Below are positions 42,054 through 55,696 of a stretch of DNA of 64,000 bases, in pieces. The stretch lies in the NCBI RefSeq assembly GCF_009914755.1, contig NC_060925.1. One strand, written 5' to 3'. The number at the start of each line of letters is the position of its first letter. Positions within the stretch are counted from its first letter, which is position 1. The notes under the pieces were generated by a model, which saw only the letters and a program-made list of their open reading frames with translations, had not been told where the DNA came from and made no database searches. The DNA comes from the human T2T-CHM13v2.0 reference genome, Homo sapiens. Both the position numbers and the translations under genes were made by a program.

Positions 42054-43205
42054 TACTGAGAACAGTACCTGGCACTAAATAGGGGTATTTGCTTAAAAAG
42101 ATTTTAAAATCTAAGTGTTATTATTGGCCCTGTTTTACAAGGTGTTAGTCCATTCTCACACTGCCAGGAAGAAATACCTGAGACTGGGTTATTCATAAAG
42201 AAAAGAGGTTTAATTGACTCCCAGTTTAACATGGATGGGGAGGCCTCAGGAAACTTACAATCATGGCAGAAGGCAAAAGAGGCAATTCTTACATGGAGGC
42301 AGGCAAGAGAGCAAGCCAGAGCAGGGAAAACTGCCTTATAAAACCATCAGATCTCCTGAGAACTTATTCACTATCATGAGAACAGCATGGGGAAAATGCC
42401 CCCATGATCCAATCACCTCCCTCCCTTGATATGTGGGGATTATGGGGATTACAATTCGAGATGAGATTTGGGTGCGGACACAGAGCCAAACCATATCATT
42501 CTGCTCCTGGCCCCTCCCAAAACTCACATCCTCATATTCAAAACACAATCATGCCTACCCAACAGTCCCCCAAAGTCTTAACTAATTTCAGCATTAACTC
42601 AAAAGTCCACAGTTCAAAGTTTCATCTGAGACAAGGCAAGTCCCTTCCAACTATGAGCCAGTAAAATAAAAAATAAGTTAGTTCCTCCCAAGATACAATA
42701 GGGGTACAGGCATTGTGTAAATACACCTGTTCCAAATGGGAGAAATTGATCAAAACAAAGGGCCTACAGGCCCCATGCAAGTCTGAAATCCAGCAGGGCA
42801 GTTACTTCTGACTCCATGTCTCATATCCAGGTCACACCGATGCAAGAGGTAGGCACCCAGGGTCTTGGGCAGCTCTGCCCCTATGGCGTTGCAGGGTACA
42901 GCCCCCCTCCTGGCTGCTCTCACAGGCTGGCAATGAGTGTCTGCGGGTTTTCCAGGCACAGTGCAAACTGTGGGTGGACCTACCATTGTGGAATCTGGAG
43001 GACCGTGGCCCTCTTCTCACAGCTCCACTAGGCAGTGGCAGTGGGGACTCTGTGTGGGAGCTCCAACCCCACATTTCCCTTCTGTACTGCCCTAGCAGAG
43101 GTTCTCCATGAGGGCCCTGACCCTGCAGCAGACCGCTGCCTGGGCATCCAGACATTTCCATATATCCTCTGAAATCTAAGCAGAGCTTCCCAAAGCTCGA
43201 TTCTT

Positions 43206-44697
43206 TCTCTCTCTTTTTTTTTTTAAGTTGTGATAACAGATTTTATTCAGGAACAATTGCAAAGGAGAAAGAAATCCAGGTTCAATTTCAAATACAGCAT
43301 GGACAAGTGGAGATTTATAGCCAAGGAGGAGGGTGAGGTCAATGGATGGAAAATTAGTGAGAGGAAACATCACATATAAGGGCGATTCCGGCTAAACTGA
43401 CTTGATAGGATTCTTGGTGAAGGTGGGCCAGGATGATCACACACCAAAGGTTATGAGGCTGAGGAATTTGAAAATCCACCTTCAGTTCTTTGAAAATCTG
43501 CTGTCTATGTCACTACAATTAAATTATAAGTGCAAGTGAGTTGTTGGCAAGGCAGCATGCCAAAGCTGAGTTAAACAGCTAGGAAGACTCTAGAGATAAG
43601 AATCCTTATTTTTAAATCAAATTTTGTCAGTAAGTATTCTTAAAAAGGTAAGCTTACAAAAGCCAAAGTGATTGAACATTGTTTCATGGTCTATGCAGTC
43701 AACTTTCAACTTCCTTATGGCCTGAAGACAAGTGGCCATGAGCAATAAGCATTTTTAAAGTTTTATTTTATTTATTTCATTTTATTTTAAGTTCCAGGGT
43801 ACATGTGCAGGATGTGCAGGTTTGTTACATAGGTAAACGCGTGCCATGGTGGTTTGCTGCACCTATCAACGCATCACCTAAGAATTAAGTGCAGCATGCA
43901 TTAGCTATTTTTCCTGATGCTCTCCTTTCCCCCACCCTGCTTACAGACCCCAGTGTGTGTTGTTCCCCTCCCTGTGTCCATGTGTTTTCATTGTTCAGCT
44001 CCCACTTATGAGTGAGAACATGTGGTGTTTGGTTTTCTGTTCCTGCATTAGTTTGCTGAGGATAATGGCTTCCAGCTCCGTCCATGTCCCTGTAAAGGAC
44101 ATGATCTCATTCCTCTTTATGTCGGCATGGTATTCTATGATATATGTACCACATTTTCTTTATCCAGTCTATCACTGATGGGCATTTGGGCTGATTCCAT
44201 GCCTTTGCCATTGTGAATAGTGCTGCAGTGAACATACGCATGCATGTATCTTTGTAGTAGAATGATTTCTATTCCTCTGGGTATATGCCTAGTAATGGGA
44301 TTGCTGAGTCAGTTGGTATTTCTGGTTCTAGGTCTTTGAGGGATTGCCACACTGTCTTCCACAATGGATGAACTAATTTACATTCCCACCAACAGTATAA
44401 AAGCATTCCTATTTCTCCACTGCCTCACCAGCATCTATTGTTTCTTGACTTTTTAATAATTGCCATTCTGAATAGCATGAGATGGTATCTTATTGTGGTT
44501 TTGATTTGCATTTCTCTAATGATCAGTCATGTTGAGCTTTTTTTTTTCATATATGTGTTAGCTGCATAAATGTCTTCTTTTGAGAAGTGTCTGTTCATGT
44601 CCTTTGCCTGCTTTTTAATGGGGTTGTTTGTTTCTTTCTTGTAAATTTTTTTAAGTGCCTTGTAGACTCTGGTTATTAGATCTTTGTTAGATGGATA
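43206..44697 (-). mobile_element. 5'-truncated L1PA (43752-44697) plus ~525-bp 3' transduction and second polyA
   Basis: Degenerate 17-bp TSD at 43189-43205 and 44698-44714, two T-rich tails, and AATAAA 17 nt before the distal tail. Confidence 0.85.
43225..43470 (-). mobile_element. ERV1 LTR fragment (MER31/MER67-like) within the transduced DNA
   Basis: Minus strand aagtcagtttagc...aattttccatccattgacc...ccttggctataaatctccacttgtcc...ctgaataaaatctg. Confidence 0.65.
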
Positions 44698-47600
44698 CCT
44701 AAACCTCAACTCTTGACTTTTGTGCATCCACAGGTCCAACACCACATGGAAGCTGCAAAGGCCTGGGGCTTGCACCCTCTGAAGCAAAGGCCTGAGCTGT
44801 AAGTTGGCCCCTTTTCACCATGGCTGGAGCAGCTGGGAACACAGGGCACCAAATCCTTAAGCTGCACACAGCAGTGGGGCCCTTGATCCAGTCCACAAAA
44901 CCATTTCTCTCTCCTAGGACTCTAGGACCATGATGGAAGGGGCTGCCATGAAGACCTCTGACATGCCCTGGAGACATTTTGTCTTGGCAATTAACATTTA
45001 GCTCCTCATTACTTCTGCAAACTTCTGCAGCAAGCTTGAAATTCTCCCCAGAAAATGGGTTTTTCTTTTCTATCGCATCATCAGGCTGCAAATTTTCCAA
45101 ACTTTTATGCTCCACTTCTCTTTTAAACATAAGTTCCAATTTCAAATCATCTCTCTCAAGTTCAAAGTTCCACAGATCTCTAGGGCGGGGCACAATGCCA
45201 CCAGTCTCTTTACTAAAACACAGCAAGAGTGACCTTTACTCCAATTCCCAACAAGTTCCTCATCTCCATTTGAGACCACCTCAGCCCGAACTTCACTGTC
45301 CACACCATTATCAGCACTTTGGTCAAAACCATTCAACAAGTCTCTAGGAAGTTCCAAACTTTCCCACATCTTCCTGTCTTCTTCTGAGCCCTCCAAACTG
45401 TTCCAACCTCTATCCATTACCCAGTTCCAAAGTCGCTTCCACATTTTCAAGTATCTTTATAGCAGTGCCCCCCACTCTGGGTACCAATTTACTGTATTAG
45501 TCTGTCCTCCCACTGCTATAATGTAATACCTGAGACTGGGGAATTTATAAAGAAAAGATGTTTAATTTGCTCACAGTTCCACATGGCTGGGGAGGCCTCA
45601 GGAAACTTACAATCATGGCAGAAGGTGAAGCAGGTACATCTTACATGGTGACAAGTGAGACAGAGAGCAAGAGCAAGAAATACTGCCTTATGAAACCATC
45701 AGTTCTCATGAGAACTCACTCACTATCATGAGAACAGCGTGGAGGAAATCCCATGATCCAATCCCCTCCTGCCTGGCCCCTCCCTTGACACGTGGGGATT
45801 ACAATTCAGGATGAGATTTGGGTGGGCACACAGGGCCAAACCATAGCATAAGGGAAGAAACCAATACTTACAAAGGGTAAGTAAATGGAGTTCAAAATCA
45901 CCCAAGGAGTAAATTGTGAAGCTAGGATTCAAACAGACCAAGACTCCAGAGCTTGTAGATTTTACTGCCATAGACAAAATGACTTATGTAAGGACAGAGT
46001 ACATTGAAATAATTACCTAGGAACAGACACTGAGAATATATGACTCTTCTATTTGACTAGACTAGGAATTTTCAATGATTTCCTATTGACTTTTATAACG
46101 TAAAAGTTAAAAAATTTTATGTCCTTTTAATGCCATACTTGCGTATTATTTTAAAGTTTGGTGCTCCTTAACGTTCCCATCCACGTGTACTCCAGATCAT
46201 GAAAACAATAAAAATACTAAATAAGCCCACGTCTTTCAAAAAAAAAAAAAAAACCTGATTTTTCACTATATCACCTTAGATTAAAATAGTAAGTTCTCAC
46301 TTTGCTCAGGTACTGTGGTAAGAATCAACATTATCTCACTGTATCCTCATAATAATCGTCTAATTTACAAAATGAATAAACAAAAGCTCAGAATATTTAA
46401 GTAAATTCCCCAAGCTCACATAGCTAACAAATGGTGCAAAGCTAGCATTTCAACCATCTCTGCTTGACTCTAAACTATTCTCCCACACTATTTCCTTTAG
46501 AACCATGCCAACTATGGGATCATTTTACATTCTTCACAGGTATCATCTCATCAAGACAGGGCCTTGGAATTTATATAAACATTAGCCTACTATGAGCAAA
46601 TAAAATGTTAACTGTCTCCAAAGAGATTAAAGAATGGGGCATATAAAGATGGAACAACAAAAATTCAAGTGATAAATTCTATTGGGGTGGCAATTAAAGA
46701 ATAACAACAATAATTTTTATTTCTATTATATTTTACAACTCTGTAAACTGTTTCTGACTTTCCGACAGAAGTAAGAGGTAAGTTTATTTAACAGCCCTTG
46801 AGTAAACTGCATAAGCAATCCGACCCCCATCAGTAAATGTGCAGGGCCATTCTGAAGACGGAATGAGCTCATGCAAGAAGATGCCCAGCAGAGCACCCAG
46901 GCAGGACAGGCACAGTGTAGGTGCTCAACTCATGCCAAGGTCTGTCACTTTATAGCTGCTCATGCCTAGCACAGAGAATGGCACAGAGGGTCCTTTTAAA
47001 ATGTCTGAGAGGAATGTGCTATGATCTCAGTCGTCTAATAGGATTCACCTTTTCTACAATTGCCTATTTTCTGAACTCAGCTCCGAAATGAGCTATTCTC
47101 TGTTTCACTCTTTTTCACATTATCCAAAATAATTCAATGTCCACCTTTTCCTTTGGGAAAATCAAAGGTTGACATGGCTACCTTTTGAACTCAAGCTGTT
47201 AAAGATCCTTTCTTGTGTTCAAAAGTTTTACTGATTTTGAAAGGTCTTATTGATAAAAACACAGAGAAACTCGGGGGAAAAGGACAAAGAGAAAAAAGAA
47301 GAAAGGGAAGAATAAAGAAGCCAGAAAATAAAGACAAGGAAGAGAGCCCAAGAGGAGCAGAAAGAGGCAATAGGCTACTGAATGCATAACTGCCAGCCAT
47401 CTTAGAAACTAGCTCATGTAACAATCATGCAGCATTATTTTTAAAAACCAAGGGGAAAATATTTACATAAAACCCAAAAGATATATGCTCTTTTTTAAGT
47501 GCTGCAAAATGACAATGTATTCAATTCATTAATTCATGAATTAGTCTGTGTGATGTTTACTTCTGGAGCCATTAGCATTCCTGAGCTAAATATTTAAAAG

Positions 47601-47991
47601 AATAAAAAGGAAATTTAAGAACTAAAGATAGAAGAATATATTCTTTCTGTTGTTTTTGTTACTCTATTTTTTTGGCTATGTTTGTATGGTTTTAGTCATT
47701 TATTTAGGGCTTTTAAAGAAATGAGTGACATGAAACCATCCAACTCCCTCTTGAAGACCTCTGTCTCCAAGATATGTATAAAAGTCACACAAATTTTAAA
47801 TAATTTAAAACAAAGTTATGCAGAAAACTCACGTAAATTTTAAGCATTTTTCTAATTGTGCTTATAAGTAATAGTTTCAAAAGCAGATATGTTACAATAA
47901 ACACATATTCAGAGTAAATTAGGCCTTAATTATGTTTAGCAAATTTTATGTCCTCATTAAAAACAGAATTGCAACAATAAACATGACTTAC

Positions 47992-48092
47992 CACCAGAAT
48001 TAACTCTGCCACAATTGTCTACTCTTCCCAAACATTCTTTGTGTGCTCTCGCTCCACACTTAAAACATAAATAGCCTTGATAAAATGTTCCC
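47992..48092 (-). CDS. VAV3: VAV3 coding exon (probably exon 17), second half of C1 zinc finger
   Basis: ttcacctttcag|G GGA ACA ... TCT GGT G|gtaagt. 101 nt, [33 protein letters not shown]. Contained in ORF 47957..48145. Confidence 0.97.
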
Positions 48093-48401
48093 CTGAAAGG
48101 TGAAATAAGAAAGTGGTATATTAAACGGTGCAAAATTCTGCCCATATGAAATTACTGCAAGAAGAAGAAAAAAAGTATCAACAGTGCTCTTCAAGGTACC
48201 CCCTTGGTAGAGGGAGACGAGCTTGCCAGAGCTTCTGAAAGGACTGTCCAGGCAGAAAGCCTGGCAAAGGTTTGTGGGATCCAGACTGCTAAGGCAAATT
48301 CCCCACTTTAGAACCTATTGGCTAGAAGGTTAGAAAAGTCTGAAACACTTAGCAATTATATCAGTTCCTTTAAACTGAAAACCAGGACTGAGCAGGCTTA
48401 C

Positions 48402-48503
48402 CTCAGGAGCATCTGGCAGACTTTGCAGGATGTGACTCGAGTGAAGGTATGCATCTTGAAGTCGTGGAAATTGGAGTCTGCATAGTCTGGTCTTATGTTA
48501 GAC
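48402..48503 (-). CDS. VAV3: VAV3 coding exon (probably exon 16), start of C1 domain
   Basis: Minus strand ttttccttttttttag|G TCT AAC ... CTC CTG AG|gtaagc. 102 nt, translates SNIRPDYADSNFHDFKMHTFTRVTSCKVCQMLL(R), recognised as VAV3. Phase matches the next exon. Confidence 0.97.
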
Positions 48504-49460
48504 CTAAAAAAAGGAAAAAAATAACTTTCTATAGAAAGTTTCACAACAAAGCTGCAATTTAGTCATCTAAACCCTAAATTCATCAAAATGACATCAGGTA
48601 GAGATCTGATTCAAGCAAAATGACTACTAAATGTGCAATGTTTTCTAAGCCAAAAGTATGCTATGCATTCAAATATGTACCAGAATCTGGCTGTGTGGGA
48701 ACAAGCAACCTGGAAGGACATAGCAACCTAATCCTCCTCAGAATTGAGCATTCTCAGAGAACTTTAACAAATGGCCACATAGGTCAACCTGCCTGGAAAA
48801 AAAAAAAAAAAAACCCACTGGATACTCATCTTATCTGATAGTTCCTTGTCTGTAGCCACGCCACTGAAATATAAACTAGCAGGTGAGGGTAGGAGGGAGA
48901 AGAGGGTCATCTCTAAATAGATGTGTGGACAACATAATGGTCCATAACAAGGAATACAGTAATTTTATAGAAAGTTTTAAAATAAAGCATTAGTGTGAAC
49001 ATTAAAAAATTCTTAACATTTCACTTTACTCACAATCTAAGTAATAATGAAACAAAATAATTTTACCATTTATTTTATATTTTATTTATATTATACATAC
49101 AAAAGTTATTTTGCACACCACAAACTAATATTCTTTGTATATTTACTCTGTGCCACAGACTGTGACAACCATATGACATTCATTTCTTCATTTAATCTTC
49201 ACATCAATCCTAACTGCCTGGCACGAATAATATCACTAGTTTACAAATAAGAAAACTGACACTTACTCTAAAGTAGAGCTTACCCTTAAAGAAAACAGCA
49301 TGATTGGGAACTCTAACTCAGGTCTTTGCTTTTGGCCACTGAAACTATAGCTCAAGGAGGAGATTCAGCAATGTTCATATTAAAATAATCAAATTTTTGT
49401 ACTTAGTAGGTATTTTGAAAACATTTAACTTTTTTTTTACATTATTCTTGGCTTAGCTAT

Positions 49461-49513
49461 TTAGGTTGCTGCAAAAGTAATTGAGGTTTTTGCTATTATT
49501 TTTGATGGCAAAA
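49461..49513 (+). mobile_element. Truncated MADE1 (Hsmar1 MITE)
   Basis: ttaggttgctgcaaaagtaattgaggtttttgctattatttttgatggcaaaa matches the first ~53 nt of MADE1. Confidence 0.8.
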
Positions 49514-52500
49514 GAGGGCAGAAAATTAGACTAGGATAAGTTAAAGATGGATACAAATCAGGGGTACACCTAGAAAGCTAAAATGATATGCTCCGAGACG
49601 TTACACGCAATTTGAGAGACTGTAGGAAAAGCTTGAGATACTGATGAGCCAGGATTTCCCCTTTTATAGAATACAGCAACTCTCAACCACACAGAATCCT
49701 GGCGAAATGAAGCATAACACAGGCAGGCGACCAGGCATCAATCTCTGAGGTACCAGGAGATGCCTTATGAAAAAACATTCGCAAAGGCAATTGGAGTAGC
49801 AGGCAGTGATGCAGAAGTGTCAGAGAGGTCAGCCTTCCAATCCATCTGCTGAATATGAGCGTGCTAAAAATGAAATCAAATATTAGTGCCATCTGGGATT
49901 TCTCTGCTCTGTGCTTCTGGTGACCTCACTTTTTCGGAAAATGTTCCACTGCACGCTGAGAATTATGGACATTTCCATGGAGGCATTTTTGTGTTACTGA
50001 TTAAAAATTGCAGAGCTTTTCTACAGAAAAGGAGACACAGGAACATATAAGGATCTAGAAACAAAACTTTCTTCACATTGTTCAGAAAACATTTGATTCT
50101 TGAGTCCATAAAGCCATGCATTGAAAACTCCATCAAAACCTGTTTCCTTAGTCAGGAAGGGCTGTTGGTTCATTTGTTTCTGAGCATCAAGGTGATAGGG
50201 TCATAGATGATTTGTCAAATAAGTTTGAGTCCTGGCAACCCGAAAAATTCATCAACCTGGAGTTTTCAAACAGAAGTACATCTCCTTCAGGCAGAAACTC
50301 ATGTAAATAAGTTCCAAACAGGTAAGAAGTTAATTAATTTCAAAAATCTGCCTCGGACACAGGTGGAACATCCACAGGCACACACATGAACATACCGGAG
50401 TTGTGTTTGGACCACTGGTATTTAAAACTTTCATGAACTAAGAATAAGCTGAACTTTCAGAAAATAAACAACTGAAAGGGGGAATCACAAAGCCACTAAG
50501 ATGTTTTACAAAAAAATTATGATGAAAAAGGTTCTGAAAATATTGTTAACAGTAGCTGCCCTATGGGAATAAAGACTTAAAGTGGTAGGTAAAAGAGTAG
50601 AAAGAAACTATTAGAATTATTTGAAAACTAAAATGGTAAATTATTTTTAAAATCTAGAATCAAACACTAAAGAACAGATGTTAACTCTATGACCCTGAAA
50701 CTGCTGCTGAGGCAGTATTGAATAAAAAGCATAGGTAAGGACAGGAATCTGAAACTAGACCACCTGGGCTTACATCCTAACTTGCAAATCAGTAGCAGCG
50801 TGATCTTAGGCAAGTTAGTGAGTATAAAACAGGAATACCAATAAAACCAAACTCATCAAGTGATATATGTAACGTGCTTAGAACACTGCCTGACCCATAT
50901 TTGGTGTTCAATCAATGTTGGCTACAATTTATGAAGTGCTGATTCCAAATCCATATAATAAGGGTGTGATCATGATAGTGCTTTGTGACTGGTAAAGAGT
51001 CCCTTTTTAGGTCTGTGACCAAGTCCCCAGAGGACACCCATTCTTCTGAGAATCTCCAGCACAACGACTTATATGCTCAGTGTCCTTGGGACTAGGAATC
51101 CATATGTAATTATTGAAGTGTAAGAGGGTAACTCAAGAGATTACATGTATGAAAAACCTTGTGTATGAAACTGTGATCTCTTCAGTTCACACTGAAGTAC
51201 AAACTGAGGAGATCATACATGGTCCGTGGCCTGTGGGGGTGCCGAAACCAAAGACAGTAAGCTGGCTGGATGAGAAGGGTTGGGAAAGTAGATTGCAGCA
51301 GAAGACGACAGAAATGTCAGGATTACAGATTTGGAGAAACAAAAAATTAAAATGGTCAAAAGAGGCATTTATTTCACATCTCTAATGTACCAGATACATC
51401 ACTAGGCTCTTCATATACTTTTTCACATTTACTTCTCAGAACAAATCTACAAGGCAGAGTCATTCATCCATTTCATAAGTATTTATTGAGTAACTACCAT
51501 ATGCACAAGCCCTTGGGCAGGAACAGAAAGAAGCCTCCTTCAGCTGGAGTCAAATGAGCAAAGACATGAGATAGGTTGGCAGGGACCAAGGAAAGAAGTG
51601 AGATTTTATACAGGATTGACATCACATTTAGTTGAGGAAGAAAAAAAAAAGTTCTGCTGCTACTACATAGAGATTTCCTTTATAGTAAGACAAGCGTGGA
51701 TATAGTAGGACCAATCATGGGGTTGGGTTGTCTATAGATGAGTGCTGAGTGTCAAACAGATTAGTTAACTCGCTCAGTCATGCTGATACACATAAAGAAT
51801 TCCATTTTAGTAATCTGCCTTAACATATGACAATTTACTTTTGAGAATGTCAATGGAATCTTGCAGATTAATCAAATGTTCCCATTTCTTTTGCTTCACA
51901 TAGAACTCATTATGAATATAACTAATCAGGCAATCAAACATTTATAGGGCAAGGAATGTTGACACTCTTAGGGCTTCATATAGCTTTACATGCTGTCCTT
52001 AGATGTTCTCTTCTCACCTGGCTCCATCACAGGCCTTAAGTTGAAGACCTCACTTTCCCCCTAGCCTGGACCTCTTTGTTCTCCAGATATGCATTCCTAA
52101 CTGCTCCTCAGGCATCTCAAATGCAGCATATACAAAACTCAACTTCCATGTGTTTCCTGACATATCTGATTCATTTACTCCATCTTCCAAACTGGGAACT
52201 TCAAAATCACAATGAATTTTTCCCTCTCCCTCACACCCTCTACATGTACATTTTCTCTTAACCCTTCCTGTGATTCAATTTTTCCTTCCCTGAAATCATG
52301 ACCAATTTCGGTCAATTCAAGCTTAAAAATACCTCCTCAAAAACTCAGGTTCCATACAAACACATATACACACCCGCACACCCACACACACATACCCCCC
52401 CACACACCCTATCCTATTGGTTTTGTTTCTCTAAAGAATCCTAATATAGACACACTAGAAAATAATGTTAGATAGGTTTACTGGGGCCAGTTACCAGAGG

Positions 52501-53004
52501 AGATGGAAGCAATGCTGAAATTCAGATACGTCAGCCTCCATAACACTTTATGTAACATCTGATGCCGAGTTAAGTAGACCTCCTAGGCTTTCAGTAACTT
52601 TGTACCGCCCTAAAAGTAGCACTAAAAGTACTTGTAAGTCCGCCTCCCCACTGACCTGTGTGGAGGGTGCATCTTCTCCTTCTTACCAGTCTCCTCTTTA
52701 TAGTCATCAAACATTCTACCAGGAAAATTAATGCTAGATATTCATAGCTGATAGAAATCAGAAAAAATATGCTTTTACTGTAGTATTTTGTTTGTTTTCA
52801 AAAGCTGCCTTTTGCCACATTATCAGATAGAAAGATGGAAGAAGTAAAGGAAAGATAAGAGACATTTTTATTAAGCCAAAAAAAATTACCTCTTATGTGA
52901 AAGAACACTGAAGAAAAACATGATTCACTAAATTTCAATTAAATCTCAGAATTTATGTTTACTTACATATATCCTCTCTTTATTGTGAGAAAATATTTAA
53001 ACTT

Positions 53005-53378
53005 TGATATGGTTTGGCTGTGTCCCCAACCCAAATTTTATCTTGTAGTTCCAATAATCCCCACGTGTCGTGAGAGGGACCAGGTGGAGATAACTGAATC
53101 GTGGGGATGGTTTCCCCCATCCTGTTCTCATGATACGGAGTTATTTCTCATGGGATCTGATGGTTTTATAAGGGGCTGCCCCCTTCACTGGGCACTCATT
53201 CTTCTCCTTCCTGCTGCCATGTGAGAAAGGACGTGTTTGTCTCCCCTTCTACCATGACTATAAGTTTCCTGAGGCCTCCCCAGCCATGCTGAACTGTGAG
53301 TCAATTAAATCTCTTTTTTAAATAAATTACCCAGTCTCAGGTATGTCTTTCTTAGCAGTGTGAGAACAGACGAATACA
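53005..53378 (+). mobile_element. THE1 solo LTR
   Basis: tgatatggtttggctgtgtcccc...agcagtgtgagaacagacgaataca. Confidence 0.92.
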
Positions 53379-54714
53379 ATATTTTTACAAAAAACTATAA
53401 TCGTACTCATACATATATTTCAGTAATAAGTATGACAGTGTAGTTAGTAATACAATGTAAAATAATAATACATATGATTTTTAAAACATACATGCTTAAA
53501 ATGAACATTTTTCTCTATTTTAACTGTAAATTTTAAAATCACTATGTCATTTTAGTAATATAGTTATAGAATAAAGGAAGCAAATCCTAGCAAGATGAAA
53601 TCATCTGTAATGATCATGACCAATTACAGAGCAAATAAGATGAGAACCAATTTATGACATCATGCTGTCTCATGCTCTATCAGTATTAACAATCAAGTAT
53701 TACCAGTATGGACATTGTGGCAATTATGTAGTATACATAAAATGGTTTATTTCATCATATTGCATTGAAAGTAAAAGTAGGAGAGCTGGAAGCAAATGTC
53801 AGTGCTTCAAAAACACCTGTCTGAATGCAACAGGCTTTTTTGTATCAAAAATACATCGATTTATAAAAATGTATTCACACACATAGCTTTGTGTGTGTTG
53901 CTAAAATACAGAAAATATATATTTTGGCCAACAGATACCAAATACAGATTACTTATTTGAGAATGTCCTTTAGAAATATGCTAAACAGTCTTATTTTTAT
54001 TTATTATTATTAATACTTACAATTATTTTTCTCCATGATACAACAAGTTGGCTCTCTTCTTGCATCCTTCTATTAACCTCTATTATTTAAGTGGCAATAA
54101 ATTACAATAAGCCTACTACTTAAGTTAATCTTATTTTCCATAGCAAGGTTTTAAAATCATTTAAAATAATATGGATAGTTTATCGCCAGGATAGTTAGCG
54201 ATATCATGACTCTTTTTAAATAAGGCTTTTCAAATATGTGAAACAATTTATCACATTAATAAAGAAACAAAAAAATTGGGTTGTCTCAACAGGTATCAAA
54301 AAAGACTTAAAATGCATTGTGTGCTTCTAATGAAACTAAATAAACTAGACATTAAGGGATAGTTTCTTACTATGATAAAGAATATCAAACTAAAGATAAT
54401 AGAAAACATATCTAATATAAAACACTATCACAATTATATTGAAAATAAAAGTTTTTGAAGTCAACTGTATTTTTCAATATTGTTCTGGAAGATCTAATCA
54501 CTGTAATATGACAAGAAAAATGAATGTGAAGGATAAATATTGTAAAAAAGTACACAGAATTTTCATTTAGAGATGACAATATTGGGACTATCAGGAAAAA
54601 CTAAGAGAAGATATTTAAAAGTGATAAAACTAATGAGAGATGAAGACATCAAGTGGCACCTGAAGAGATCTGTGTGTAAGTTTCTAATGCTCTCTAGCAA
54701 AGAAATGCAGTAAT

Positions 54715-55049
54715 ATGTGTAGCATCTCTGTCTGGAAAAATCTCTTGAGACCCCGAGTGCAAAGATTTTGGAGGGACTGGTCACACAGACACTCTCTGCC
54801 TACATACTCAGCCACAATATTTTTAAAAAATCCCAGAAGGAAGTATAAATCACATTTTTTTTAAGTCTAGGCAGATTGGCACAATGAAATTCAGTACCCC
54901 TGGTACACCAAATAACCTTATCACTTAGTACCACAGGGAACATTCTGAAGTCAAGTTATCAGATGACAGCCAAGGACAAGCCAACCCTGTAAGCAAATCC
55001 TTCTAAAGATAGCAAATTCGAGCTTGCTATGTTAACTAGTTTCTGCATG
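54715..55049. mobile_element. MER21-like LTR fragment
   Basis: ccttctaaagatagc...gcttgctatgttaactagtttctgca end motif. Confidence 0.65.
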
Positions 55050-55153
55050 AAAATGTCTAAGAAAAATCCTAACATGAAAAGTTTAGGTTCTATAAAATAA
55101 AGTTTTAAATTAACTGAGAGAAATAAATGCATTCAATAAATTCGTAAGTAGTC

Positions 55154-55426
55154 TTTTTTTTTTGAAACAGAGTCTTGCTCTGTCGCCCAGGCTGGAGTGC
55201 AGTGGTGCAACCTCTGCCTCCCAGGTTCGAGCGATTCTCATGCCTCAGCCTCCTGAGTAGCTGGATATGGGCATGCACTAGCATGCCTGGCCAATTTTTG
55301 TATTTTTAATAGAGACGGGGTTTCACCATATTGGCCAGGCTGGTCTCAAACTCCTGACCTCAGGTGATCTGCCCACCTCAGCCTCCCAAAGTGCTGGCAT
55401 TACAGGTGTGAGCCACCGTGCCCGAC
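55154..55426 (-). mobile_element. AluS with small internal deletions
   Basis: Both arms present. Flanking repeat gcattcaataaatt at 55129-55142 and 55430-55443. Confidence 0.93.
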
Positions 55427-55696
55427 AACGCATTCAATAAATTAAAAGCCGCATAGCAAGCTCCTAAATAAGAAAATGGAATATTTTATTATAAATACAC
55501 AACCTCTCTCCGATTTACAAATTTAAAACAAATCCTTCCTTGCAAACCAACACACAAACATACTCTCTCTCACACGCACACTTATAAATATACAATGAGA
55601 TTTTTTTAACTTGACAAATGATTATAAAATACAACCAGAAGATAAATATGTGAGAATAGTTGGAAAATGTTTTAAACTGTGTGAATTAGTGTAGAG

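Larger units (their letters stand above)
42143..45848 (-). mobile_element. THE1/MST (MaLR) provirus with two LTRs (42143-42498, 45493-45848), split by an L1 insertion
   Basis: Both LTRs read tg(t)attagtc...gccaaaccata(t/g)ca. Internal segments at 42499-43205 and 44698-45492. 5-bp TSD caagg/taagg. Confidence 0.92.

Noticed and set aside
44699-45450. 175-, 122- and 102-aa ORFs
   Set aside because: Decayed THE1/MST internal sequence.
47957-48145. 62-aa ORF as a standalone gene
   Set aside because: It is a VAV3 exon plus intronic read-through on both sides.
49575-49960. CpG-richer unique stretch with an acceptor-like gatttcatttttag
   Set aside because: No convincing donor or frame found. It may be regulatory, but this cannot be supported from sequence.
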